Below are positions 48,264 through 57,541 of a stretch of DNA of 64,000 bases, piece by piece. Numbering within the stretch: position 1 is the first letter of the stretch; the number at the start of each line of letters is the position of its first letter. The notes beneath the pieces were generated by a model, which ran no database searches, had not been told where the DNA came from, and was given only the letters and a program-made list of their open reading frames with translations. The stretch is from Pseudomonadota bacterium (GTDB taxonomy: Bacteria > Desulfobacterota > Desulfobacteria > Desulfobacterales > UBA11574). The DNA lies in NCBI GenBank assembly GCA_043827325.1, contig JBDRPF010000071.1:7795-71794 (forward strand), in the 5' to 3' direction. The translations under genes were made by a program, and so were the position numbers.

Positions 48264-50234
48264 ATGAAAAATTTGTGGAACGACAGTGCGGCAGATGCTT
48301 TTAACAACGATCCCCTGGAACTGCGGGTCTATACGTCCCGGTTGCTGGGTCAGGAGCCCGGGCTGGTGTTGCACGGCGGCGGCAATACCTCCGTTAAAGT
48401 CGAAACAGAAAATATTTTCGGGGATCGTGAAGAAATTCTGTACGTCAAGGGAAGCGGCAGGAATTTGGCAACGATTGACGCCGACGGCTTTACACCTGTC
48501 AGCGTGGGCGTTCTGAAGCGGATGATCGAACTGGATCACCTGTCCGACAGCGATATGGTACAACTCCAGAGAACGGCAATGGCCCGTCACCCGGCCCCGG
48601 ACCCTTCCATCGAAGCCATTTTACACGCGATCATTCCCTTTAAATACGTGGATCACACACACGCGGACGCCGTTGTAACCATAACCAACACTGAAAAAGG
48701 GGAATCGCTGATTCGAGAAATTTACAGGAACCGCGTCCTGATCGTTCCATATATAAAACCCGGCTTCGATCTGGGAAAAGCGATCCGCAAAAGGGTTCAA
48801 CATACGGATTGGGACAAATTCGACGGCATCATCATTCTGCATCACGGGGTCTTTACCTTTGCGGATGACGCGCGGACCAGCTATGAGCGGATGATACATC
48901 TTGCAACGCTCGCGGAAGAATTTCTTGGACAACGGGGGGCCCTGGACAGGGTCGCGAAAGCGGAAGCCAGAGAAGATTTGCACGCGCTGTCCCGGATTCG
49001 CCGTCTTGTTTCCAAGGAAAAAGGAAGCGCGCTGCTGGCAAGGCTGGACAAGAGCCCGGAGGCCTGTGGATTCTCCGGCCTGCCCGATATCGGGTCCATT
49101 GCCGCCCGTGGTCCCCTAACCGCGGATCATCTCATTCACATCAAGCCGTTTCCCATCATCCTCGGGATGAACATCGAACAGGAAACAGCGGATTACGCTT
49201 CATCGTACCGCGCGTATTTCAACCGAAACACGGACGGCAGCCGGACCCCTCTCGATGCCGCGCCGCGATGGGCAATCTGGCCGCAGCACGGCACCATTGC
49301 CTTTGGAAAAAATGTGAGGGACGCGACCGTCGTTTCGGATATCGTCCGTCATACCATGCGGGCCATCCAGTGTGGGGAAGCCATCGGGGGGTGGAAACCC
49401 ATATCGGAAAAAGAAATGTTCGACATGGAATACTGGGAGCTGCAGCAGGCCAAGTTGCGCGAAAAAGACAGTTTACCCGGGCTGCAGGGAAAAGTCGCGC
49501 TGGTCACCGGGGCCGCCAGCGGCATCGGGTTTGCGTGCGCAAGGATGCTTCATGAACAGGGCGCCGCCGTGATGGGTCTGGACATCAATCCGGAGATTTC
49601 CCGGATGTTCGACCTGGAGGATCTGACAGGTGTCCGCTGTGATATCACCGACGATGCAGCTGTAAAAGACGCCGTTGAAACAGCGGTTCGCCGGTTCGGG
49701 GGCCTCGATATTCTGATTCCCAACGCCGGGACTTTCCCCGCCAGCCAGAGAATCGAAGCAATGGACGAAAAAACCTGGGAACGGAGCCTGGCCGTCAATC
49801 TCACGAGCCAGCAGCGACTGTTGAAAACGTGCATCCCCTATCTCAAGCAGGGCATTGACGCTTCGGTGGTATTTATCTCCTCAAAGAACGTCCCCGCTCC
49901 CGGTCCGGGAGCGGCCGCCTATTCCGTTGCAAAAGCCGGTCAGACCCAGCTCGCCCGTATCGCCGCCATGGAACTGGGGCCGGACGGCATCCGCGTCAAT
50001 ATCGTGCATCCCGATGCCGTGTATGATACGGCCCTGTGGACGCCCGAAGTCCTCGAACACCGCGCACGCCAGTACGGGTGCACTGTGGAAGCCTATAAGA
50101 CGAGAAACATCTTAAAAACAGAGGTGTTATCAAGGGACGTGGCCGCGCTGGTCTGCGCCATGGTCGGTCCTGCTTTTGCCAAGACCACGGGTGCTCAGGT
50201 GCCCATAGATGGCGGTAATGATCGAGTAATATAA
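48264..50234 (+). CDS. bifunctional class II aldolase / short-chain dehydrogenase
   Basis: GGGNTSVK, PSIE..LH, DHTH, HG; SDR TGAASGIG, NAG, YSVAK. Confidence 0.88.
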   Translation: MKNLWNDSAADAFNNDPLELRVYTSRLLGQEPGLVLHGGGNTSVKVETENIFGDREEILYVKGSGRNLATIDADGFTPVSVGVLKRMIELDHLSDSDMVQLQRTAMARHPAPDPSIEAILHAIIPFKYVDHTHADAVVTITNTEKGESLIREIYRNRVLIVPYIKPGFDLGKAIRKRVQHTDWDKFDGIIILHHGVFTFADDARTSYERMIHLATLAEEFLGQRGALDRVAKAEAREDLHALSRIRRLVSKEKGSALLARLDKSPEACGFSGLPDIGSIAARGPLTADHLIHIKPFPIILGMNIEQETADYASSYRAYFNRNTDGSRTPLDAAPRWAIWPQHGTIAFGKNVRDATVVSDIVRHTMRAIQCGEAIGGWKPISEKEMFDMEYWELQQAKLREKDSLPGLQGKVALVTGAASGIGFACARMLHEQGAAVMGLDINPEISRMFDLEDLTGVRCDITDDAAVKDAVETAVRRFGGLDILIPNAGTFPASQRIEAMDEKTWERSLAVNLTSQQRLLKTCIPYLKQGIDASVVFISSKNVPAPGPGAAAYSVAKAGQTQLARIAAMELGPDGIRVNIVHPDAVYDTALWTPEVLEHRARQYGCTVEAYKTRNILKTEVLSRDVAALVCAMVGPAFAKTTGAQVPIDGGNDRVI

Positions 50235-50295
50235 AATCGCTAAAGCGATTTTATATGTTTTTTATGTCGTATTCAGGTAGAAAGGAGAAGAGATA

Positions 50296-51186
50296 ATGGC
50301 TGATGTTGATGACTTGAAAGAGGCAAAGAGATTTTACACCGACATTCCGCAGAAGACGGAGGGGTTTTTTCTAAAAGGATCCAACTCCCTGGATTGGGGG
50401 ATGAAAAACAGGCTCGCGCGAATTTTCAACCCGCAAACCGGCCGCACGGTCATGCTGGCCATCGATCACGGCTATTTTCAGGGGCCCACTACCGGTTTGG
50501 AACGGATCGATCTCGACATCCTTCCGCTTGCGCCTTACGCGGACACCCTCATGCTCACCCGGGGAATCCTGAGAAGTATTATTCCGCCATCTTACACCAG
50601 GCCCATCGTTCTCAGGGTGTCCGGCGGAACCAGCATACTCAAGGAGCTTTCCAATGAGAAAATCGCCGTCGACATCGAAGATTCCATACGGCTCAACGTC
50701 TGTGCCATGGCCGTTCAGGTCTTTATCGGCGGGGAATATGAAAAGGAGTCCATCACCAACATGACGCGTATGGTGGACATGGGGACGCGGTACGGGATTC
50801 CGACACTGGCCGTGACCGCGGTCGGCAGGGACATGGCCCGCGATGCCCGCTATTTCAGACTGGCCACCCGGATATGCGCGGAACTCGGCGCACATTATAT
50901 CAAGACATACTATATCGACAACGGTTTTGAAACCGTCTGTGCGTCCTGCCCCGTCCCCATCGTTATGGCCGGCGGCAAGAAAATCCCGGAGTTGGATGCC
51001 CTGACCATGGCCTACAATGCGGTTCAGCAGGGCGCCAGCGGCGTGGACATGGGACGAAACATCTTTCAGTCCGAATCGCCGGTGGCCATGATCCAGGCTG
51101 TCGGGGCGGTTGTTCACCGCAATGAAACGCCGGACAAGGCGTTTGATCTGTACAACACGATAAAAAGCGAGTTGTTCGCCTCTTAA
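50296..51186 (+). CDS. lsrF: LsrF-like class I aldolase/thiolase
   Basis: [46 protein letters not shown]. Confidence 0.88.
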   Translation: MADVDDLKEAKRFYTDIPQKTEGFFLKGSNSLDWGMKNRLARIFNPQTGRTVMLAIDHGYFQGPTTGLERIDLDILPLAPYADTLMLTRGILRSIIPPSYTRPIVLRVSGGTSILKELSNEKIAVDIEDSIRLNVCAMAVQVFIGGEYEKESITNMTRMVDMGTRYGIPTLAVTAVGRDMARDARYFRLATRICAELGAHYIKTYYIDNGFETVCASCPVPIVMAGGKKIPELDALTMAYNAVQQGASGVDMGRNIFQSESPVAMIQAVGAVVHRNETPDKAFDLYNTIKSELFAS

Positions 51187-51216
51187 ACTGGACGTATCGA
51201 GAAAAATAAGAACATA

Positions 51217-51276
51217 CCACGAAAGCACGAAAATTATAGTTTTGTTTCGTGCTTTCAATATTTCGTGTTTTCGTGA
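51217..51276. repeat. inverted short array (CACGAAA / TTTCGTG)
   Basis: CCACGAAAGCACGAAA...TTTCGTGCTTTC...TTTCGTGTTTTCGTG. Confidence 0.6.
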
Positions 51277-51291
51277 TTGAATCGAGGGAAA

Positions 51292-51681
51292 ATGTTTCTT
51301 AAACACGTGGCGATTGTCTGCAGTTCTGAAAAAAAGAGCGATAAATTTTATGAATACTTGCTCGGTCTAAAGAAGCAGGACCCCAAAATTCTTCCAGGGG
51401 CGCTTTCCAGGCAGATCTTCAACCGGGTTTCAGAATACAAAATCATCAACTACACCGGCAATGACACCCATTTCGAGATCTTCATCGACGATCAACTGGA
51501 CCCCGGATCGAATGACGGAAAGATTGAGCACTTCTGCATTGAAGTGGAAGGGCTGGAAGGGTTCCTCGAGAAATGCCGTGCATTGGATGTGAAAATCCTC
51601 CGGATTCCCAAGGGAGACAGGCTGCTCACGTTTATCCGGGATTTTGACGGGAACCTGTTTGAGATAACGTCAAAACACTAG
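51292..51681 (+). CDS. VOC/glyoxalase family protein
   Basis: HVAI, FYEYLLGL, EHFCIEV, FIRDFDGNLFEI. Confidence 0.8.
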   Translation: MFLKHVAIVCSSEKKSDKFYEYLLGLKKQDPKILPGALSRQIFNRVSEYKIINYTGNDTHFEIFIDDQLDPGSNDGKIEHFCIEVEGLEGFLEKCRALDVKILRIPKGDRLLTFIRDFDGNLFEITSKH

Positions 51682-51704
51682 AAGTGGTTTCAAAACCACT
51701 TCTA
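51679..51704. repeat. palindrome TAGAAGTGGTTT-CA-AAACCACTTCTA containing both convergent stop codons
   Basis: seen directly; left arm recurs at 56415-56431. Confidence 0.7.
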
Positions 51705-52652
51705 AGTTTTTGCATAGAGCGGCTCCAGATTCTTTTCCACCCGCCGTATATTTTCCGCCACCACCTTCACGATTCCTCTCATGGACAGATCTGTTGACCC
51801 GGCAATGTGCGGGGTCGCCAACACATTGTAGTTAAAAATCGGGTCATCCGGGTCCGGCGGTTCTTCCCAGAAGACATCCAGGCCGGCGCCTGCAATGTTC
51901 CCGGCGGCAAGGGCGTCTTTCAATGCATCGCGATCGACCACTCCGCCCCTGGAAAGGTTTATTAGAAATGCGTCTTGCTTCATAAACGAAATGGAAATAC
52001 GGTTTATCAGAAGTTGGGATTCAGGTGTACTGGGAAGGCATAGAATCACAAAATCCGACTTTTCGAGCAGATAATCAAGGTCTTCAGGTCCGCCGGCCCA
52101 GTCCAAACCCAGTTCATTTTTGGCGTTTTGAATATTGTGCCGTCTGATACCGATCAGGCGGACACCAAACGGCCTGAGCCTTTTGATCAGGGCCTTTCCG
52201 ATGCCGCCAAGCCCGACCAGGCCGACAGTCCGGCCGGGCAGCGCCCTTCCCCGGGGTTCTCCCATCTTCCGGTCTCTCAGGCTCTGTGCCATTCCCCGAA
52301 CATCCCTCGACAGCCCGATCATCATGTATATACCGATTTCCGCCACAGAATCCGCATTGCCGGATATATCCGTGGGAACATTGGCGACCCAGATGTTTCG
52401 ATTCCGGGCCGCTTGAAGGTCAACGCCCTCAATCCCCGCGCCGCACTGCTGAATGAGTCGCAGCCGGTCGCTTTTTTCAAGCACCGCTTTGGTTACGGGG
52501 CTCATGGTCGGTATCAGAACATCAAAACCTTTCAAATGGTCCACCTGAAATCGTCCGGTCGACTCAAAACAGTGCTGGGGAAGTTCGGATCGTATCAGAC
52601 CGAAAAACCCGCCCCATGCATTTTCGGGAGCTGCAAAAAGAATGTTCATCAC
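51702..52652 (-). CDS. D-2-hydroxyacid dehydrogenase family
   Basis: GLVGLGGIG, INLSRG, GAGLDVF.EEP, TPHIAG. Confidence 0.9.
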   Translation of the reverse strand: MMNILFAAPENAWGGFFGLIRSELPQHCFESTGRFQVDHLKGFDVLIPTMSPVTKAVLEKSDRLRLIQQCGAGIEGVDLQAARNRNIWVANVPTDISGNADSVAEIGIYMMIGLSRDVRGMAQSLRDRKMGEPRGRALPGRTVGLVGLGGIGKALIKRLRPFGVRLIGIRRHNIQNAKNELGLDWAGGPEDLDYLLEKSDFVILCLPSTPESQLLINRISISFMKQDAFLINLSRGGVVDRDALKDALAAGNIAGAGLDVFWEEPPDPDDPIFNYNVLATPHIAGSTDLSMRGIVKVVAENIRRVEKNLEPLYAKT

Positions 52653-52785
52653 AAAAAAATGTCGTGTAAGTTTTGAACGCCTTCGCCCATCGATTCATAA
52701 ATTTAGTCACTTTCATGATCCTTGGCCCCGTTGAATGTGGTGGCCTACCATAAAATATATCACCGTATTTATGAATCAGAGCATT

Positions 52786-53075
52786 CAATGACCTCCGGCA
52801 AAGCCGGAGGAATGGTTTGTGAACCGCTCAAAGCGGTCAAATTAAAACTGCTATTTCGACCAATGGCCGGTCATTGAATATTGATTGTCATAGGAGTCAA
52901 TCATAAATCATCCCCGTCTGATTGCGGACGTATCAATGTACTTTTTTCTCCGGGGAATGAAACTTACGTTCTGTTCTCATATTAATAATCATCGTCTACA
53001 ACGGTCGGCTATTCCCGAAATTGTCAAACTCCGGGAGTCTCCCCAGCAGAGCTGGGGGTTTACCGATGATTATTA
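52786..53075 (-). mobile_element. non-autonomous IS200/IS605-like remnant (both hairpin ends, no tnpA); includes repeat copy 2 at 52956-53075
   Basis: hairpins CCTCCGGC-AAA-GCCGGAGG and ACCGCT-CAA-AGCGGT at one end, CCCCAGC-AGA-GCTGGGG at the other; no ORF between. Confidence 0.55.
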
Positions 53076-53094
53076 GCTACCTAAGAGGTAACCG

Positions 53095-53373
53095 TTACTT
53101 TATGGATTGTTCTTTAATCAGTTCGTAAATATCCTTTCGATGACCGACATGATGGATTTCTATGGTTTTTGGACTTTCTTTAACCCTATAAACAATCCGA
53201 AACCGCCGAGCGCGTAATGAAAAATAGTCAGCCAACTCCTTTTCTAACTGTTTGCCGAGGTAAGGATTTTTAGCAAGTTCTTTGAGTCGTTTGCGGATAA
53301 TCGCTTTGAGTTCGGGATGGAGCTCCCGGATCTGATTACGAGCAGACGCAGAATATAGCAACCGGTACTGCAT
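53095..53373 (-). CDS. relE: RelE/ParE family toxin
   Basis: NPYLGKQL, FSLRARRFRIVY, VGHRKDIY. Confidence 0.88.
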   Translation of the reverse strand: MQYRLLYSASARNQIRELHPELKAIIRKRLKELAKNPYLGKQLEKELADYFSLRARRFRIVYRVKESPKTIEIHHVGHRKDIYELIKEQSIK

Positions 53374-53642
53374 TAATCCTGCCAGACCTCTTCGTCGGAG
53401 TAGACACGTCCGGCCTTAAAGTCAGCCGCGGATTTGTTCAAAGCAGCCATCACATCTTTGTCGGCCAACATTTCAATGGTTTCAAGGATGGCGTCGTAAT
53501 GATTTGGGGTCATAATAATCCCAACAGGCTCGCCATTTCTTGTAACCGTTATGGTGGAGTCCTCATCCGCCATGGTTTTTAATATTTCAAGGAGATTTCT
53601 TTTGACACGGGTTATGGGTATTATTTTATCAATTTCGGCCAT
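53373..53642 (-). CDS. Phd/YefM family antitoxin
   Basis: ITVTRNGEPVGIIM, ETIEML; coupled to relE. Confidence 0.85.
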   Translation of the reverse strand: MAEIDKIIPITRVKRNLLEILKTMADEDSTITVTRNGEPVGIIMTPNHYDAILETIEMLADKDVMAALNKSAADFKAGRVYSDEEVWQD

Positions 53643-53738
53643 ACATGCCTCCGAAGGGTAATAATTATGACCATAATAATTTTCACATGCATTTGTGTCA
53701 AGCTTCTTTTTCCCTGCAATTCAATTTGATAAAAGAAG

Positions 53739-54599
53739 TTACACCCGGCCGCCGCTCCATCGCAGCTTGTCTTTCAGTACATCTATATAGTGCTGACCCG
53801 GCATGGTGATCATTTTGACCGGGTGCGGCCCCTTCTGGATGACAATGGCATCTTTTTCGTCTATCTCCAGACCCCCCTGGCCGTCAAATGTCAGCATGAT
53901 ATCCGAAGATTTTTTCGAAAGCTTGATCTTGATGCATGCCGAATCCGGAACTACGAGAGGGCGGTTGGTCAGGGTAAAGGGGCATATGGGTGTGATCAGG
54001 ATGCCATGTACGGCAGGGTGGACGATAGGGCCGCCGGCGGCAAGCGAATAGGCGGTCGATCCGGTGGGGGTTGCGACGATAAGCCCGTCCGCGCTATACG
54101 TGGTCATGTAGTGATCGTTGATATACGTTTCGATGTGGGCAAGCCGTGCAAGCGCTCTCTTGTTGACGACAATATCGTTCAGCACGGTTTCACGGGCAAG
54201 CGTTTCATTCCCCCTGATGACGCTTACCAGTAGACGCATTCTCTCTACCGTGGAAAACTCATTGTTCAAAACACGTTCAGCGGCTGAAAAAAGGTCATCC
54301 CCCGCGGTTTCGGCCAGAAAGCCGACCTCACCGAACTTGACGCCCAGAATCGGAATCGTCTGGTCTCCTATCCAGCGGACCGCACTCAAGAAGGTACCGT
54401 CGCCGCCAAGGACGAAAACGCAAAACAAATCCAACGGTGCGGCGGATTTGTACGCGTCCTCGGTTCTGCGTCTTGGAATAATGTTTTCTTTTCTTATTGT
54501 ATCAACATTCCGTAAACGCAGCCATTTCTCCAGTTCGTCGGCCTTTTTTCGTGCTTCCGCGTCGACCTTTACGACGATTCCTACCTTTTTAACAGTCAA
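53739..54599 (-). CDS. nadK: NAD kinase
   Basis: [35 protein letters not shown]. Confidence 0.93.
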   Translation of the reverse strand: MTVKKVGIVVKVDAEARKKADELEKWLRLRNVDTIRKENIIPRRRTEDAYKSAAPLDLFCVFVLGGDGTFLSAVRWIGDQTIPILGVKFGEVGFLAETAGDDLFSAAERVLNNEFSTVERMRLLVSVIRGNETLARETVLNDIVVNKRALARLAHIETYINDHYMTTYSADGLIVATPTGSTAYSLAAGGPIVHPAVHGILITPICPFTLTNRPLVVPDSACIKIKLSKKSSDIMLTFDGQGGLEIDEKDAIVIQKGPHPVKMITMPGQHYIDVLKDKLRWSGGRV

Positions 54600-55094
54600 G
54601 GACGCCCCCCTTTTCTCAAACGGTTAAAGACCGGCTCGCGGTGAACCTTTTTGATCTGAACTTTATCCGGAGATAATACTTTTTACTAATTTCCCGGTGG
54701 AACAGCAAGAAATTTTTTGAAAATAAACAATTCAAATCATTCAAAATAAAAATTGACAATTGACAAAACGGTTGTCATCCGGTATCTTTTTCAATCAATG
54801 TGAGTGGATGGCCATTGAAGTTACAAATTATACCTCTCCTTTTGTTTTGGCAGTCCCTGAAACAGAACATTGCTGCCCGATTTTTTTCAAGAAAAATTCG
54901 TCCTTGATATGGAAGATCCGTTTGATGCCCGTTCATTGAAGAGGGTGCGGCTAAATGAGGCGATTTTAAAGCAAGTTATATAGAGGGGGTGATGCAAGTC
55001 AATCAGGATAGAAGATACGGCTATCAACCGGGATTAACATTTTGATTCCCGGATATTATCCTTATATACATTCTCACAGGAAGGAGGATTGCTC

Positions 55095-56309
55095 ATGAAA
55101 CGGATTTTAACTCTATTTATCATTTTTATTGCAGCGTTTTGTCTGGTCCTGCCGGCCGTAGCGGCGGACAAAGGTGTCGTAACGGTCAAAAAAGGCGACC
55201 CTGTTCATATTGCGTACTGGCTGGTTATTTCCGGACCGAACACTTCTCTGGGCATGGACGTCGTAAGGGGTATTGAAATTGCCATCGCAGATTTCGGCGG
55301 TACGGTCAAAGGCCATCCGGTCAAATTGAGCGGCCAGGACTCCGGGTGCAACCCCGAAGGCGGCCAGGCGGCAGCCACCAAGCTCGCCTCCGACCCCACT
55401 GTCGTGGCGGCGATCGGCTCCAATTGCTCCAGCGAGGCCAAACCGGGTGTTCCGATCCTGTGGGCGGCCGGCATCCCCACGGTTTCACCTTCCAACACAG
55501 CGCCTTATCTGACGGACCCGAATCGCGGAGACGGCTACAGCGGCTATCTGCGCACCTGCCATAACGACACCGTCCAGGGTGCTGTTGCGGCTGATTTCGT
55601 AAAAAATATATTGAAGATAGACAGGGCGGCCACTATCCATGACGGCAGCGTCTATGCCGAGCAGCTGACACAGGTTTTCGCCGCGACCTTCAAAAAGATG
55701 GGGGGAACCATTACCGCTCAAGAGGCCGTCGGTCCCGGCGACACGGACATGCGGCCGGTACTGACCTCCATCGCAACCGGCAAACCGGGTATTATCTACC
55801 TTCCGATCTTCATTGCCGAAGGCGGTCACATCACCCGGCAGGCCAAAGAGGTTTCCGGCCTGGAAAATACCAAACTGATGGGCGCCGATGGAATCTTCTC
55901 CCCGGATTTCTACAAAGCCGCCGGTGATGCCGCTGTCGGCATGTATCACACCAGTCCGGATTTTTCCGCATTCCCCGAAGCGTACCAAAGCTTCCTGAAG
56001 AAGTATGAGGAAAAATACGGCATTAAGGTGGAGGCACCATTCCACGCGCATGGCTATGACGCCACCATGATGATTCTCCAGGCGATCGACGCGGTTGCGG
56101 TTGAGGGTCCGGACGGTTCCCTGGCCATAGACCGTATGAAACTGCGCGACGCCCTTTACGCAACCAAGAATTTCAAGGGAATGACCGGCACCCTGAACTG
56201 TGACAAATACGGTGACTGTGCGGATCCGCGCATCGCCGTGTACGAAACCACGATGGAAAATGTCAAGAAGGGTGAAATGCCCACCAAACCCTACTGGAAA
56301 CCTTACTAA
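55095..56309 (+). CDS. livK: Liv-type ABC substrate-binding protein
   Basis: signal peptide, D.GC...G, IG.NCS, SPSNT.P.LT, HD...Y, GYDA. Confidence 0.88.
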   Translation: MKRILTLFIIFIAAFCLVLPAVAADKGVVTVKKGDPVHIAYWLVISGPNTSLGMDVVRGIEIAIADFGGTVKGHPVKLSGQDSGCNPEGGQAAATKLASDPTVVAAIGSNCSSEAKPGVPILWAAGIPTVSPSNTAPYLTDPNRGDGYSGYLRTCHNDTVQGAVAADFVKNILKIDRAATIHDGSVYAEQLTQVFAATFKKMGGTITAQEAVGPGDTDMRPVLTSIATGKPGIIYLPIFIAEGGHITRQAKEVSGLENTKLMGADGIFSPDFYKAAGDAAVGMYHTSPDFSAFPEAYQSFLKKYEEKYGIKVEAPFHAHGYDATMMILQAIDAVAVEGPDGSLAIDRMKLRDALYATKNFKGMTGTLNCDKYGDCADPRIAVYETTMENVKKGEMPTKPYWKPY

Positions 56310-56320
56310 AGGTCAGGAAA

Positions 56321-56354
56321 AGAAGCCCGGTTTCAGAAATGAAACCGGGCTTCT
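56321..56354 (+). terminator. stable hairpin after livK (terminator or mRNA stabiliser)
   Basis: AGAAGCCCGGTTTCA-GAAA-TGAAACCGGGCTTCT perfect stem. Confidence 0.7.
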
Positions 56355-56439
56355 ATATTTGGTTTTTCTTTTTGATATTGTACAACTCCCCGGGCCCGTC
56401 AGGCCCGGGGATATTAGAAGTGGTTTCAAAAAGGGCATT

Positions 56440-57501
56440 ATGTTTCAACGCTGGAAGGAAAGTATCACACCCACCGATATCCTGATGTGGCTGATCGGTG
56501 GTTTTTTGATGGTGCTAATCGTCTGGGGTTCCTTCGCCACCCTGACCGCGGGCAAATACACCGGGCGTCAGTGGATCGACTTCATTATTTTCGGCCTGGC
56601 CCAGGGCAGCATCTATGCCCTGATTGCCACGGGATACACCATGGTGTACGGCGTGTTGAAAATGATCAACTTCGCCCACGGCGAGGTGTTCATGAGCGGA
56701 CCCTACACCGCTTACTTTGTTGCAGCCGCCATGTACCGGTCCGGTTTCCTGGACACCCACCCGTTTACCGCACTGCTCGTTATTTTCCTTGTCGCAATGA
56801 TGGTATCGACAATCATCGCCTATTTTCTGGAGAAAATTGCATATCGCCCCCTGAGGGACGCCCCCCGCTTGATCCCGCTGATCACCGCTATCGGGGCTTC
56901 TTTCTTTTTACAGTACACGTTTCGGGGGCTTTACGGCTCCGGTTTTCAGGCGTATCCGGTCATCAAAGTCTTAGAGGGCTGGTGGATAATATTCGGCATA
57001 CGAATCCTGAAATTTCAGGTCGTGGTGATTGTTGCCGCCATCCTGCTCATGGCAGCCCTCTACAGTTTTATCATGATTACCCGGGTGGGCAAGGCCATTC
57101 GGGCTGTTTCAGAAGACCAGGAAGCTTCATCCCTGATGGGGATTAATGTGGACGGCATGATTTCTACCACCTTCATTATCGGGGGCATGTCCGCGGGCGC
57201 GGCCGGCGTCCTCTATGCCCTGATGTTCAAACAGGTGCACTTCTTCATGGGCTTCATCCCCGGAATCAAGGCATTCACAGCGGCGGTTCTGGGCGGTATC
57301 GGCAACATTCCCGGCGCCATGCTGGGAGGGATTTTTCTCGGACTCATCGAGTCGGTTGGCCCCAGTCTCTTTCTGGACGGCCTGGGAATCGTCGCTCCCT
57401 ACCAGTTGAAGGACGCCATTGCCTTCACCATGCTTGTGCTGGTGCTCATCTTCAGGCCTACGGGTATAATGGGGGAACGCCTCGCCGTAAAGAAGGCTTA
57501 A
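56440..57501 (+). CDS. livH: Liv-type ABC permease
   Basis: GYTMVYGVLKMINFAHGEVFM, KAFTAAVLGGIG, RPTG. Confidence 0.9.
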   Translation: MFQRWKESITPTDILMWLIGGFLMVLIVWGSFATLTAGKYTGRQWIDFIIFGLAQGSIYALIATGYTMVYGVLKMINFAHGEVFMSGPYTAYFVAAAMYRSGFLDTHPFTALLVIFLVAMMVSTIIAYFLEKIAYRPLRDAPRLIPLITAIGASFFLQYTFRGLYGSGFQAYPVIKVLEGWWIIFGIRILKFQVVVIVAAILLMAALYSFIMITRVGKAIRAVSEDQEASSLMGINVDGMISTTFIIGGMSAGAAGVLYALMFKQVHFFMGFIPGIKAFTAAVLGGIGNIPGAMLGGIFLGLIESVGPSLFLDGLGIVAPYQLKDAIAFTMLVLVLIFRPTGIMGERLAVKKA

Positions 57502-57541
57502 CCGTCGGACCAGGGTTTAAAAACCAATCTCGCAGAGGGAT

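Noticed and set aside
48264-51186. Complete AI-2 (lsr) or rhamnose catabolic operon
   Set aside because: Only lsrF and an aldolase-SDR are present, with no kinase, isomerase or transporter nearby; the substrate cannot be assigned.
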